A stretch of DNA of 64,000 bases from Ruditapes philippinarum. Its lineage: Eukaryota. The DNA lies in NCBI RefSeq assembly GCF_026571515.1, contig NW_026852427.1, positions 62,001 to 126,000 of the forward strand. Direction: 5' to 3'. Position numbers and translations under genes: made by a program. Positions 51,050-64,000 of the stretch are shown here, piece by piece. The notes under the pieces were generated by a model that saw only the letters and a program-made list of their open reading frames with translations, was not told where the DNA came from and did not search any database. The stretch's first letter is position 1, and each line of letters begins with the position of its first letter.

Positions 51050-51490
51050 AAGCTGTTATAAATCATTTGGTGTATAATTCCCTTATCTAATAAGGATATT
51101 TCTTGCTCACGCTGTTATAATAAAGGAATAATAAACCGTAAAGCATGAGGTTGAAACATCCATACAAGGGAATAATAAGCGAAATTATTTATGTTGTGAG
51201 TCAGGTAGAAATATCCATATTAGATAAAGGAGTAATTAGCCAAACGATCTTTGTACAGCGTGAGGTGAAAATATCCTAATTAGATAAATAGATTTATCAT
51301 TTCGCTTATTACTCCCTTATCTAATATGAATATTTTCACCTCATGCTGTACACAAATCATTTGGCTTACTATTCCTTTTTCTATAATAAGGACATTTCCA
51401 CCTAAAGCTGTAATAAAACATTTCGTTCATTATTCATTTAACTAATAAGGATATTTTCTGCTCAGGCTGTACATAAATCATTTGGCTTAT
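51050..51490. repeat. ~62-bp minisatellite with an internally inverted block
   Basis: Unit AATCATTTGGCTTA..CCCTTATCTAATA.GGATATTT..CTCA.GCTGTA; reverse-complement units at ~51120-51290. Confidence 0.7.
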
Positions 51491-51622
51491 AAGTTAATTA
51501 TGTACATATCATGCAAAAAATGTAAATAACCATGATTAGAAACAAATAAAGGAAAGGGATTCACAACTACATTATAATCATACTTCCTTGGTTACCATTG
51601 CTTTAATATACAATTATTTCAG

Positions 51623-51853
51623 TGGGACCTTGTATGTGAACGAAAGGAATTAGCAGAGGTTTCTCAGACACTACTTATGCTTGGACAAGGTATCGGGGCG
51701 TTTGTCTTTACAAGTTTGTCGGACAGATATGGTAGAAAACGAATTCACATCATGTGTCACGTGATCATATTCTGTGTTGCGCTTGCTACCGCTTTCGTTC
51801 CGAATTTCACGCTATTTGCAGTAATGAGAATGCTTACAGGCGCATTTCAACAG
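51623..51853 (+). CDS. SLC22-family exon 3
   Basis: WDLVC...SDRYGRKR (MFS motif A); canonical splice sites. Confidence 0.93.
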
Positions 51854-52689
51854 GTTCATATTTCATATCTAAGTATGTAAGCAACAAAGCATAGGAAAGT
51901 TAGGGATAATGCTCTTCACCTATATCACTCATGAACATTCAAACCATTTCTGCAATCTTCATGTAGATATGTTGTTTTGGTGCTGTCAAGGGATCATTCC
52001 ATTTTCCACATTTGTTGTTACATGTTTCATGTAGTGGTAATATTCGTTCCACATTTGTTGTTATCATCTAGTGGCAATATTCGTATATATACTACATTAT
52101 TAAAAATCATGTAACTTTATCTTATATATTCAGTTTATTTCGCACTGTAAATTTATATGAAGTTATATGAAAGACAAACCTTCTTGATAAGATTATTTAT
52201 ACTGATATATGTATGTATAGTACACTTGGTATACAAAGTGTGTGTCTGCGTTTGTTTACCCTCGCCACCGGAAAGAGACCATATGGGCGGGCAGTTGGCA
52301 TACAAATTGATCTGTGAAAATATATAAATACCTTATAGAAAGTCTGTTTGTAATTGCTTTTAAAAAATCGATAGTCTTCGGATTGTTTAATACGCGTTTT
52401 TGTGTTAGCTAGGAATATCTGAGAGGTAGATTTTTTCGAACAATCTTTTTTGTCATGTACGTTTCTAAATTTTTATCCCTAACAACATGGTATATGTTCT
52501 AATTAATTTGAATAGAAAGTTATGGTTATAAAACGTTAACGATATATTATATTTAAAATATATAAAAAAATCTATTTTTAATATATATTGCATTGATAAA
52601 TGTATGAAATCATTTTGTATCCGTATATACCATGTACATGTCAAAATAAAATAAACTTTTGTTACAATTTTGATACTTTTTTAACAAAG

Positions 52690-52892
52690 GGAACTGGTCT
52701 TACACTTAGCTTGCTTCTAATTGAGATGGTGCCTAGAGAGACACGTGGGACTGTCGAGGTTTGCAGTCTTCTTTTTTGGACTACTGGTATAGCTATTGTT
52801 ACACCAATAGCTTATATATTCCGTAATTTATCCTGGCGGTATCTTCAAATATGTCTGGCGTGTTTGTCAGCATGGTCTCTGATCGAATGGTG
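52690..52892 (+). CDS. SLC22-family exon 4
   Basis: IEMVPRETRG...SWRYLQ; donor TG|GTGAGT. Confidence 0.9.
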
Positions 52893-53726
52893 GTGAGTGC
52901 TTTTATGTTATTTAACAGATATAACATCTGACTCGCGTAAATTTTATAGACGACGAATCTACATTATATTTACTTTTAAATTTAAACTTAAAAAGGACAG
53001 TCAAAATAAACAAACGGAACGTAAATGTCTCAACGAATAAAAGTCAACTTTATTTGTGTCTTAGTAGATGAATATTCTGTTGAGAGTCTTTCCCCAAAGT
53101 GTAAATATTTGATTCTCTTTCTGATCGAGGAACCTTTATTGTTTTGGGAAAAAAACCTACTTTTCATACCTACTTAGCTAGGGGCATGGATAAAAAAGAT
53201 TTGACCAAAATCATTTGGTTAAAGAAATTAAAAAAAAAAACAACAAAAACAAATAAAACAATAGTTTTTCCTGATCATAAATGTGGAAAGTGGGATCCCT
53301 TATTATTCAGCTCAGGAAAGATCCCTGTCTCATTTTTGAATAAACTAGGTTCATATGCCCGTTTGTAATTTAAAATAGCATGTTTGTGCCATTTCTATTA
53401 ACTTAACTTACAGATTTTGAAATACGGAAAATATCTTATACATTTGAAAAATACATCTGTTTATAGTTATAAATTAGTAAATGGAAAGATTTACCTTTCC
53501 GTAGAGATTGCTAAAGGAAAAACAACAACTTTTACCTTTCCCTCATGATCTGTTACCTTTGAGTTGCATTATACAAACAAATTTACTATAATGATCAAAA
53601 TTTTACTTTCCACTCTAAACAATCCTAAACTTTACCTGCTAAGTTAGACTATGGACGAAAATGGTTTCGTTATGTGTAGGAAAATGGCTCTTGTTTTAAT
53701 ATTCTTATTTTTATGCAATGACTTAG

Positions 53727-53899
53727 GTTGATAGACGAGTCTTTAAGATGGCTTATAGCTAACGGCCGAATTAAGGAAGCAAAGGCTATAATCTTAAGGG
53801 CATGTAAAACAAACAAGAAAAACTTTGATCACGTTGTCAGTGTCAGCGGTTTCCGGGAATATGAGCTGAATTATGAAACCAAACTAGAAGTGAAAAAGG
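53727..53899 (+). CDS. SLC22-family exon 5
   Basis: DESLRWLIANGRIKEA (PESPRWL-type motif). Confidence 0.9.
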
Positions 53900-55149
53900 G
53901 TAAATTGTTTACCTTTCATTGTCATGTTGTTGTTGTTTTATAAGTTTCTTGTTAGATTCTTAATTATAAGCATATCGACTGTAAATCATTTGGCTGTCAA
54001 CTTTAAACCATTGTAATAAATGCCACAATTTTTAACCTTATATAATCTTTCTTTTCTGGAATATAAATTGGCATTGGCAAATCAGTCTATTTCAAAACGT
54101 TTAATAAACATATGTTGAGTACACATAGGGAAGATATGTTTCCTTAAACTCTGCACACTATAGAAACGCATTTTTTAAAAGAAATGAAATTAATATGTAA
54201 GTAAATGCATGCAATATTCTTTTTTGTATATATTGTAGTTTGTCAACCTTTGTCAAAGGCATTTTGTATGCTGATTATTGCAAATAAAATATTGAATTTA
54301 ATTTAATTGATAAAACACAGAATAAATCCATAGTGTCATTGAAAGTGGCATTTTATTTTCAAGAAAGGACCCAGTTTCCTTTACCAGTCTAGTTTATGCA
54401 CTTATTTAAATCATACAGTCAGAAAAAAACTAGAATAAATTTCTTTAATATAAGTATTTTACCAAAAGTTGAGCATAGTACAAAATATATATCTTTAATT
54501 ATAATTATGAAAGTTATTTCTCGTTTTTTATATACTTTGTATACTGTACCATATGTACGTACATTTAGATCAAAAGCGTGCAAAAAGGTGCGCGTTGATG
54601 CATAGAACGGGAAACTATAGAAGCTAAGTTTTATTCAATTTGCGTTTTTTATATTCTTTGTTATTTTACTATAGTCGATAGAAATTGGTTGGTATTTTTA
54701 TCATTCCGTTATACACGTTACTGACGGGACATATATTGGGAGAATATTGCCTGATTGAGTTCACTATAACCCTTGGCTGGCGCCTTGACCTTTATTTATC
54801 ACAATGAAGCTAATATTCTACCGTATACATGTACCTCGCCATCAACTTGTATAAATAATATTATCTTGAAACATAACTCGTAAGACAAATATGACAAAAA
54901 CTATATTTCTGATGACTAACAGACGCGAAGATATGATGAAATCTATATTTCTAAAAATTCAGAAGTGACGGTAATGTGGAAAAAAATATATTCTTAATGC
55001 TTAAAAAGCAGGTCATAGTGCCAAAAGTTTTATTTGTAATGAACCCTGCTATTTTTGTAACATTCAATTGTTCTTACTTCATATTCCCTTCTTACTACAT
55101 ATTTTCTATGTACAAAACTTATTGTTGCATTATATGTTAATAAAATTAG

Positions 55150-55300
55150 ATGAAAGGGCTGTACCGTTGACGGATACAATGACTAGTAACAAGGAGAATG
55201 GGAATACCAAGATTGATATGTCAGTGAAACAGTACACAGTGATAGACCTTGTTAAGTCGAAGAGAATATTCATTTCATCGTTAATCATGTGGTTTGCTTG
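55150..55300 (+). CDS. SLC22-family exon 6
   Basis: ...YTVIDLVKSKRIFISSLIMWFAW; donor TG|GTAAGA; phases match neighbours. Confidence 0.85.
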
Positions 55301-56008
55301 GTAAGATGTTTTGTCTCCATAATAAAGTTATTGAAGTGTAGTTCATTCTCAACAGTGTACTAGTATTTTGAACTGTTTTCAATAAAGAATGTGGATAGGT
55401 CCTTTTCATATCGGTATTCATGTATACTTTGTCATGAGTTGTCATTTTACAAGGTTCTATAAAATAAAGTACAATATATTCTAATCGTTGAGTCTTAGAC
55501 GCTGTAACTATACGTTTCACATTCTGAATTGATCTTCAACCTTATTTATAATTGCTGGAACTGCTACAAATCTACAAAACATATTACACCAGAACAATAA
55601 ACTACATTACGTTCAACTGTCCCGTGCTTATCAACACCAACGGTAAGGCGTGTTGCTACAAGAAGAAATCGACGATTTTCGTCCAAATGATAAGGCTTTG
55701 ATTTGAAAACAATATAACTGACAGTTTGTTTGTTTGTTGTTTTTCTTTAAAGTCCTTTCAATCATTTATTGATTTAAAATCATAACCTACCATTCAGTAG
55801 AAACTTCGAGCGCATATAGGAAGTATGACAACAATTGCGTTAGTTAGACGTTATTGCACTTGAAACAGCGTCAGTCCGTCATTACGCTTCTTTCTTTAAG
55901 CTGTCTATTTATTTTTTTTGATTTTATTTTTTTCAAGTTAGTGCCTATTCAATCAGAGATGGCGCAAAATGACCTTAAAAACATCGAAATTTAAATTTAT
56001 GATTTCAG

Positions 56009-56143
56009 GACAACAAACAGTATAACATACTACGGTATAATGCTTATATCATCTAGTTTGGCTGGGAACCGCTTTTTGAACTTTTTCCTTGGCTCTATTG
56101 TTGAATATCCCGCTGCAGCTGCAGAGTTATACTTAATAACTAG
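56009..56143 (+). CDS. SLC22-family exon 7
   Basis: NSITYYGI...LAGNRFLNFFLGSIVEYPA. Confidence 0.9.
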
Positions 56144-56464
56144 GTAATAACACCTTGTTCTTGACATTTGTTTCTCATTCTAAAGCGTAAAAGTTTCCAC
56201 GAGAACCAAAGCAAGCATTTTGTTATCTTTTGAGTTTTTGACAAAAAATAACGTTGTCAGAATCTATCATTAACACCGGCTTTAATTTAATGTACGTTTC
56301 GGTCGGTTGATATTTAAGATTCGGTAAAGTCTTTAAGAATTTCTTTAATTTATGTCAAATACGTTCTACACATAATTGCAGAAACTTTTATTTAGAAATT
56401 TAACTTAGTTATATAAATGATGAACACTCATGCATTCTATCTGTTCTATTTGTATCAAACCTAG

Positions 56465-56550
56465 ATATGGTAGGAAACCGGCTTCCATTATTTTTCATAC
56501 TATATGTGGTACTGCTTTGATAATAGCAACAATTCTGACCACAACCGCCG
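56465..56550 (+). CDS. SLC22-family exon 8
   Basis: RYGRKP second MFS loop motif; donor G|GTAGGT. Confidence 0.88.
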
Positions 56551-56861
56551 GTAGGTGTATTTAATCATTGTTTTTAGTAATTCCAACAATTTTCAGATTC
56601 TGGCAACCGTCTAAGTACATATTCAATACTACGATGTTTCTTCTTTATATGTGTAAAAGTCGGGTGATTATGGAATAGTGTCCATGAATGGTATAACAGA
56701 TTTAATTGGGGTATTTCGACTTTGCCGACACTTTCACTTAACAATGCTCCTTAAAGGTTAATATTGTTGTTTTATTAGCTAAAGCTGTCCTTGTTGATTT
56801 AGATTAAGATAACTGCTGGCACCATCTTCATAAAATAAAGTAAACCTTCTTAAAATATGAC

Positions 56862-57503
56862 CGTCATTTTGGTAGGTAGTTGGAAGTTGAATATTCGAAT
56901 AACCAACTACCTTCTAGCTGGTGGTTGGTTATTCGTGACTCAAAACACTGTAACAGCTTATAGTTGGTAATTCAATCCACTATCACCAGTATGAAATGTT
57001 CAAACACCTCAGAGCTCGAACCTAACATGTTAACGACTCAAAACTGAACATACTTTTCCGGAATAAATGTAACGGGTACATAGCAGATAGTTGTGTTCAT
57101 CAACATAGAAACACAATGTCTTCCTACCAGAGAGGTTGGTTATTCGCTCAAATCCTTAACTACTAAGCAGGAGGTAGTTGGCTATTCGCTTAATATACCG
57201 TGAGTAACTAACTGTATCCCCTGGTCGATTGATGGTGAGGCGATTTTATCTATTGTAGAAACACCTTGTTATATAACCATTACATTTGTTTCAGAAAAAT
57301 ACTGTCTCTGCCTCAGAAGATTATATTGGAGTTACGCGAATAACCATCTAGGTCTCCTCCTATAGTATGATATGTTCGAACATTTCATGCCGGTGATATT
57401 AAATTTAATTACCAACTACCAGCTGCTTAATAGTAGGGAATTACGAATAACTAGCTCGTAGATAGTTGGTGATTAGAATATCTTACTACCTACCAAATTC
57501 ACG
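56862..57503. mobile_element. Palindromic MITE in SLC22 intron 8
   Basis: Ends CGTCATTTTGGTAGGTAGT / ACTACCTACCAAATTCACG; many GTAGTTGGTTATTCG / CGAATAACCAACTAC motifs. Confidence 0.7.
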
Positions 57504-57643
57504 TACATTTTTAATTTCAACTTTAGAATAGTATCTGACATAGTTATACACGGATGAATCTTATAAGTCATTCTTTCGTAGTGTAAGTTTCTAAAGGAAA
57601 TACTTTCATAAATAATATCATTATTTTTTATTGTGCATTTTAG

Positions 57644-57764
57644 GTGGCAATTCTGCAATGGTTATATGCTCCACTGTTTTCACATTGATAGGAAAGTTTG
57701 CAATTACTGGGTCATTCAGTACAATATTCTTGTACACGCACGAATTATATCCAACGAATATGAG
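57644..57764 (+). CDS. SLC22-family exon 9
   Basis: [26 protein letters not shown]. Confidence 0.92.
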
Positions 57765-58126
57765 GTACCATGTATAATTAGCAAAAAGCTTGATGAATAT
57801 TACCTATAGTAAAACGTGCAGTACCATGCTTTAAAATTGAATATAATTATATATGTCTGTAATATATGTTACCCCTGTTAGAGAAATATATAGTTTTCCC
57901 ATGGTTAACAACATCGCATGTTTCCTGTATTGCCGAATTTTATTTGACAAGCTATAAACGATTACATAAGGCAATTAATTTGAGAACTTGCAAAATAGTG
58001 TATAGGAGGATTGTCGTTGAAGATCCTCTTGGGCAAAACGTAATAATAAGTTTAAGTTAGCGATACCTCGTAATTGTTGCTGTTATGTTGATAGGGCTTT
58101 TATCTCTATATGATTTAAATTTTTAG

Positions 58127-58199
58127 AAATGTTGGAGTTGGTTTGTCGTCAACAGCAGCTAGGGTCGGTGGAATGGTTGCACCGTTCTCAAGAAACTTG
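58127..58199 (+). CDS. SLC22-family exon 10
   Basis: NVGVGLSSTAARVGGMVAPF. Confidence 0.92.
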
Positions 58200-59149
58200 G
58201 TAAATATATATTGTCTCTTACATCTATAGATATTACAAATTGTAAGCAAGTCTCAAAACAACCATTTCATACGTATAGAAATGAACTGGACGAATTTCAA
58301 TTGTGTTCTAGTCGTCTATCCGTCTGTTAGCAGTTTGGTGTCCGGTATGTAGCTTTTGAACATATTGGAGGAAATTAAATCTACTTACAGAAATGTTAAA
58401 CGTTATGAGACGATGTGCAGAGCCCAGGGTTGATCTTTCTGAAGACAAGGCCAATGTCCTTTTGTTTGAATTTCAACATTTTGTTTTCACTCTGTATATT
58501 TTGGACCCATAGAAAAACATTTTTGTGAGAATTATTTTTCATGATTACACTATGTACAGAAGACAGGTTTGGACTTCCTCAGTTCAAAATTGGCCAATCA
58601 AAAGAGATTACATGTATTTGATTTATATGAACGATTAAACACTATCGTAATTCAAACCAATTAACTCGCATTTTACGATCGCGCAGGAATAAACGATGGC
58701 TACAATTCTGATGTCCCAACCCTTAAAGATAGCCCACCAGCCACAAGGGTGGGGGTGGTAGGGACGCAATGCAATTGAAAAAGATATATAAATACAGCAA
58801 ATGATTGTTGACTGTACCGAACCGTTAAGAAAGATCTATGTTTTAGCGAACGAACAACGAATGTAATGATTTTATGAAAGAAAAGAGAACAAATTTTGAT
58901 CACAGGTTATATATAATATATTTATTCTATTATAGCAAACAGCTTTTATATTCTATTCTAATAACAAAACAAAAACAAAACTACACAACGTAAATCAGGG
59001 ACAATACAGCATAATTGATTGTTCTTTAATGTCATCAACCGAAAGCACAAACGTCACCTAATGTCAAATCCTAATAATTTTATCTACATGTTACTTGACT
59101 TATTTATACTGTATATAAATAAACACAATTTTAATTGTATATTATGTAG

Positions 59150-59362
59150 GCTGAGATAGCCGCGTGGTCGCCTGGGCTAGTATTCGGCATAATGTGCGCT
59201 ATTGTAGCAGTAACAATGTTCTGGATGCCAGAAACGCATAGATATGAGCTTCCACAAACGCTTGAGGAATGCGAACAATGGTACAAAGAAAACAGGTTTC
59301 ATTTACCATGTTGCCGGAAGCATGATGTTGATAAAACGGAAGTAGATCAACAAATGACGTAA
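59150..59362 (+). CDS. SLC22-family exon 11 (terminal)
   Basis: MPETHRYELPQTLEE motif, TAA at 59360-59362; AATAAA at 59592. The eleven exons total 1743 nt = 580 aa + stop. Confidence 0.92.
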   Translation, partial: AEIAAWSPGLVFGIMCAIVAVTMFWMPETHRYELPQTLEECEQWYKENRFHLPCCRKHDVDKTEVDQQMT

Positions 59363-60516
59363 TGATGATATAATGACATTTTTTCTGCCGTGTTATGGTT
59401 TTATTTAAAATATCATAGATTTGTACAAGCATAAACATATAATAATCTATATCCAGAAATTAATTTGTACTGTAATGTTATTAAAACGTTCGTGATATTG
59501 TTATATGGTGTGGTACTACAGGGCAAATCGCTTTGTTATAAAGCAATCATTTTGATACTGTTTGGTTTGATGTATCAAATGTTTGCAGATAAATAAATAT
59601 GGCTGTATTTTAGTATATATTGTTGTGTTTTATAAGGATTAACGTTATGTCTTACTATACATTATATCATAACTGAGAGACTTTACTATTCAAAACATGT
59701 TAAATCGTATACTAATACATGCACAGCGCGTTAACTGGAGTGCATTAATTAGTTACCAGTACTCGCTGTCTGTCTAGGGCCCGTATTCAGAAACGATAGT
59801 TAATCACAAACTCAACTCAAGCTTATGAAAAGTCACCTGAAGTGACGCTGGACGAGACTAACGATAAGTAATTCACAATGTTCAAAGTGGTAATCGTTTT
59901 GTTTAATCAACCTTATCTAGATCTCTCGTAAGGGAGACTTGAAAAGTTGATCGATTGTACGTTGCAAAGTGTAACCATGTCGTGTAGAATAGTGTATTTC
60001 ACAGAACTAGAAAGCTATAGAGAGAGAGAGAAAAAATAACATCCCATTTTACTGTCAATAAAAAAGTTTCATTAAACAATAATCTTTTTTTGTTTGCGCC
60101 GTCACTACCTGCACCCCCGCCTCCCCTCCCCTAAATTATCTGTTAGCATATTGTTTAACAAGAACGTTATATTAAAATCTTTATTGTTTGAATTATCATA
60201 TATCATTTTGTACACAAAACAAATTAATCTATATTAAAGACAGGCGGTGGCAAACCAAACAATAGAGAGAGAAAGAGATTATGATGGGCTTGATGTTGGT
60301 GAAATTGTCGCCAGCCAGATCTGATGCTGGATGACTTATTGGATTTAAAAACAACATAATACACTTTTAAATAAAGTTACTAATGCATCTAATTAAATAA
60401 AACATTATACCCGTTCAGTAAAATATGGAAATACCTGCTAACTCATACTAAGCTTAAATACACAAGTTTAAAAGATCTTGTTTTTCTACATAGATTTTAA
60501 TAGTTTTTGTTATTAA

Positions 60517-60864
60517 AGCAGCACGCCTCCAGATTCATCCTAATTTTCATGAAAATTTTGAAAATGTATTTTAAGGTAAAATATTGTGAAATGAACAAAG
60601 AAAGTACTTGACACATTACAATCGGCATTTCAAATCCACGTAAATTACCAAAAAGAGGTCAAAATAAGCATAAATAGCCCAATACTGCGTTAGTAACGCA
60701 GTAGAAATATGGTGATAAATACTACAAACTACAGTCATTAATTGCTCATAAGATATAAATTATCACTTGCATCTTTAATTTGTTTACTTCTCTCAAAGTT
60801 TTAGTATGGTTTTTCCAAGTTTAATTTTCTTGAAATATTTTGGGTCATCTGGAGGCATGCAGCT
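60517..60864 (+). mobile_element. Kolobok-type MITE, first unit of tandem dimer
   Basis: TTAA|AGCAGCACGCCTCCAGA...TCTGGAGGCATGCAGCT|TTAA. Confidence 0.92.
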
Positions 60865-60868
60865 TTAA

Positions 60869-61215
60869 AGCAGCACGCCTCCAGATTCAATCTAATTTTC
60901 ATGAAAATTTTGAAAATGTATTTGAATGTATAATATTGTGAAATAACCAAAAGGAAGCAATTTACACATTATCATTGGTACTTACAACTCACGTAAATTA
61001 CCAAAAAGTGATCAAAATATACATAAATAGCCCTTACAACGTTAGTAATGCAGTAGGAATATATTTGTAAATACTGAAAAATCAGTCATTAACCGCACAT
61101 ATCAGGTAAAATATTACTTGAATCATGAATCATTTTACATTTCCTAAAATGTTAGTACATATTGCTCAAGTTTGATTTTATTGAAATATTTTGACTCATC
61201 TGGAGGCATGCAGCT
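60869..61215 (+). mobile_element. Kolobok-type MITE, second unit of tandem dimer
   Basis: Same TIRs; shares TTAA 60865-60868 with the preceding copy. Confidence 0.92.
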
Positions 61216-62481
61216 TTAATAAAACATTCAGACCTCGTCAAAGTTTATGCCATGGCGTCATGACAATATTGTTTCTGTCTTGTCTTCTTTGAAATATCTT
61301 AAAATATATAGACTTGGAATGTTGTATCAATCCGAAATAGTGTGGTATATGTTGTATCTTACTGATATGTTTCAATATTTCAAAAACAAAACAATAACTT
61401 AATAAATTGGACTTGTTTATGCAATAAACATTTATACAGGCCTATATTTAATTTGTATAAGCCTGTGTTTAGACGCACACGACAAATCATCCGAGGACTG
61501 TAGTCTAAAATCATTAATAGCAACATCGACGATAACATCGACAAAGACAGTAATAGCTATATTTATGGATTAAAGAAAATGCAGTGGAGTAACCAAGGCC
61601 GCTCGGGGTAGGTTAAAGCTCACTTTAGTAAACAAAGTAAATACAAATATTCATGAGTTTACTTTGATTGAGCAAATTTTAAAGAACTTAATCAAAAACA
61701 AAGCTCATCGACAGTTTAATATAATGTTTAAAACAGCCTTGTAGATACAAGAATGAAGACATTGAAACCACCGGCTTCGACATAGGAAACTTTTGTTATT
61801 CAAATGTAAAACATATTTGTAACAGACGAGACGCTAGGCATTTTGTCATTAACGTAAATGTTTATTATAATAATAAATTACAACTAATGTTGTGCAAGCA
61901 ATATGTAAGTATGTCAATATCCTTATCATTTTAGGGCATAGATCGTCAAAACAAAGAACATGAAAAATAACAAGACTGGTGCTTTTAAACATCTAGATTA
62001 GAAATGAGCAAGAGGAACACAAGTAAAACTATTAGACAGAAAGTGAACTCAAATGTAATTTCTCCTGACCGAAATATTGACGAAATACGTCTGATTTAAC
62101 TACCCATCCCATCGTAAACTAAATTTTTATTATCCCACGGTTAAGTTACCCGATGTAACTCTACCGGCCAGCAGTACATAACATAACGCCGCTAGGTATC
62201 TGTTTGTCGAATTACTCAATTCTGTATGTTCCCATATATGACCATATAAAATGTATATTGGACAAAACAATTCAAACTAAGTGGTATTCGGTATAATTGT
62301 ATTGAGAATACCTCAAATAGCCCCTCCCCCCACTCCTCCTAATCTCACAAATTCTCAACTAACCTTAATTTACTAGAATCTTACTATAATCGGAAAACAA
62401 TGTAACACTTAACTGAAAAAAATATGGACAGCCTCGAACGTAAGGCAATAACATGGAATGTCCTCGATAATGGGAAAGAAA

Positions 62482-63905
62482 ACTAGAACTATCACTAAAT
62501 GTGATTTATATCCCCGCTAGCCTGCTTTGGAAATGAGGAAGTTACTAGTAACAGAATACCTTGCAAAATAATTGAAATAGAATTATGGTTGTAGGCAAGT
62601 AAAGATAGTTGTGGTTCTTGTATGTGGCATTTCCTTTCAATGTGGCTGGCCATCGATGAAGTTTAATACAATTTGTCTGTAATAAGTCCAGAAACAGTTC
62701 CGCTTCTTGAGTACTTCACTTCCTGTCATTGCGCTTGACCATTGTATGAAGTTGCGTTGAATTCTAAACATTTGATTTTTAAGTCATGTACCGGACAAGG
62801 AAAAGGAACAAAGGGCAATAACTCAACAAATACTGAAGATTGAGTTATGGTTATTGTGCACTGCACTTTCTCTCATTTCGCTTGATCATTATATAAAGTT
62901 GTATTGTATTCCAACTACTAGTTTTCAAGTTATGCACTGGACAAAAACGTATCAAAGGTCAATTACTGTAATAAGTCCAATTAGTCTTGTGCACTGTACT
63001 TCATCTCACTGCCCTTGACTATTGTATGAAGTTTTATTGAATTCCAACCATTAATTTTCAAGTTATGAACTTGAAAATGAAAATTAACAAAGGGCAAACA
63101 ACTCATAAGAGAGTCAACAAAGAGTATTAGTTTCTGTGCACTGCGCCTCCTCTCAATATAAGTGACCAGTGTATGACATTGTATTGAATTCCAATTAGTT
63201 GTTTTCAAGTTATGCATTGGACAAGAAAAAGCATAGAAAATAACAAAGGGCAATATCTTTAACATTTGTCACAATGGTGTTATGGTTCTTAAGCACTGCA
63301 CTTCCTCTTAATGTGCTTGACGATTGTATGAAGTTGTATTGAATTCCAACGAGTAGTTTTTGAGTTAGCCTCCGGTCAAAGAAAAGTAACAAAGGGCAAT
63401 TACTTTGTAATTAGTCAAGATTTAGATATGGTTCTTTTGCAATGCACTTTCTCTCAAAATGCTTGATCATTGTATGAAGTTGTATTGAATTCGAACCAGA
63501 AGTTTTCAAGTTACGCTCCGGACACAAAAGCAATGGAAAGTAACAAACGGCTATTTCTCTGTAACAACTTTATAAAATGTTATGGTTCTTGTACACTGCA
63601 CGTCCCCTTATCGTGCTTAACCATTGTATGAAGTTGTTTTAAATTCCAACTAGCAGTTTTCAAGTTATGCTCCGGACAATGAAAGGTAACCTAGGGCAAA
63701 AACTTTGTAATTAATGAAGATGGTGTTACGGTTCTTGTGCACTGCACTTCCTCTCAATGTGCTTGACCATTGTATGAAGTCATATTGAATTCAAACCATT
63801 AGTCTTCAAGTTATGTTCCGGACAAGGAAAATGCAACGGACCGCTGGACCGACCGACCACCGAGTGACTCCTATATACCTCAAACTTCGTTTCGGGGGAA
63901 TAAAA
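62482..63905 (-). mobile_element. Helentron/HINE-type element with ~150-160-bp tandem core repeats
   Basis: Repeated GTGCACTGCACTT..CATTGTATGAAGTT..CAAGTTATG units; (GACC)n microsatellite and small hairpin at the right end. Confidence 0.8.
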
Positions 63906-64000
63906 AATAGAATCTAAATATTTGGCGACTACATGCTCGTTAATTGGCTATTTTTTTCCAGGATTTTATATTGTGACGACAGGGAAAGATATTATGATTC

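Overview
AT-rich, intron- and repeat-dense eukaryotic genomic DNA. The repeat families (tRNA-SINEs with V/CORE/Meta-like cores, Helentron-type satellite-bearing elements, CR1-type LINE) suggest a bivalve mollusc; this is inference. Two spliced + strand genes can be built. (1) The 3' part of an NLR-like immune receptor: an exon with five tandem 22-aa amphipathic repeats (539-1396), a 31-nt micro-exon (4565-4595) and one large NACHT + winged helix + degenerate LRR exon (11535-14167); its 5' end lies upstream of the window. (2) A complete 11-exon SLC22/organic cation transporter-family gene (46518-59362, 580 aa). The rest is mostly transposon-derived. The most striking structure is a 3.16-kb element at 15224-18383 with CAC...GTG termini, a 5-bp TSD (CATTT) and ~460-bp inverted arms, i.e. 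Transib/RAG-transposon-like. It encloses a decayed DIRS methyltransferase + tyrosine recombinase fragment and a tandem pair of hairpin elements, and probably sits in a 3'-UTR intron of the NLR gene. Also present: a decayed CR1/L2-type LINE whose ORF begins with a 2A-like GDIHPNPGP motif, Kolobok-type TTAA MITEs including a head-to-tail dimer, a foldback element holding a GC-rich 170-bp trimer, and several SINEs.
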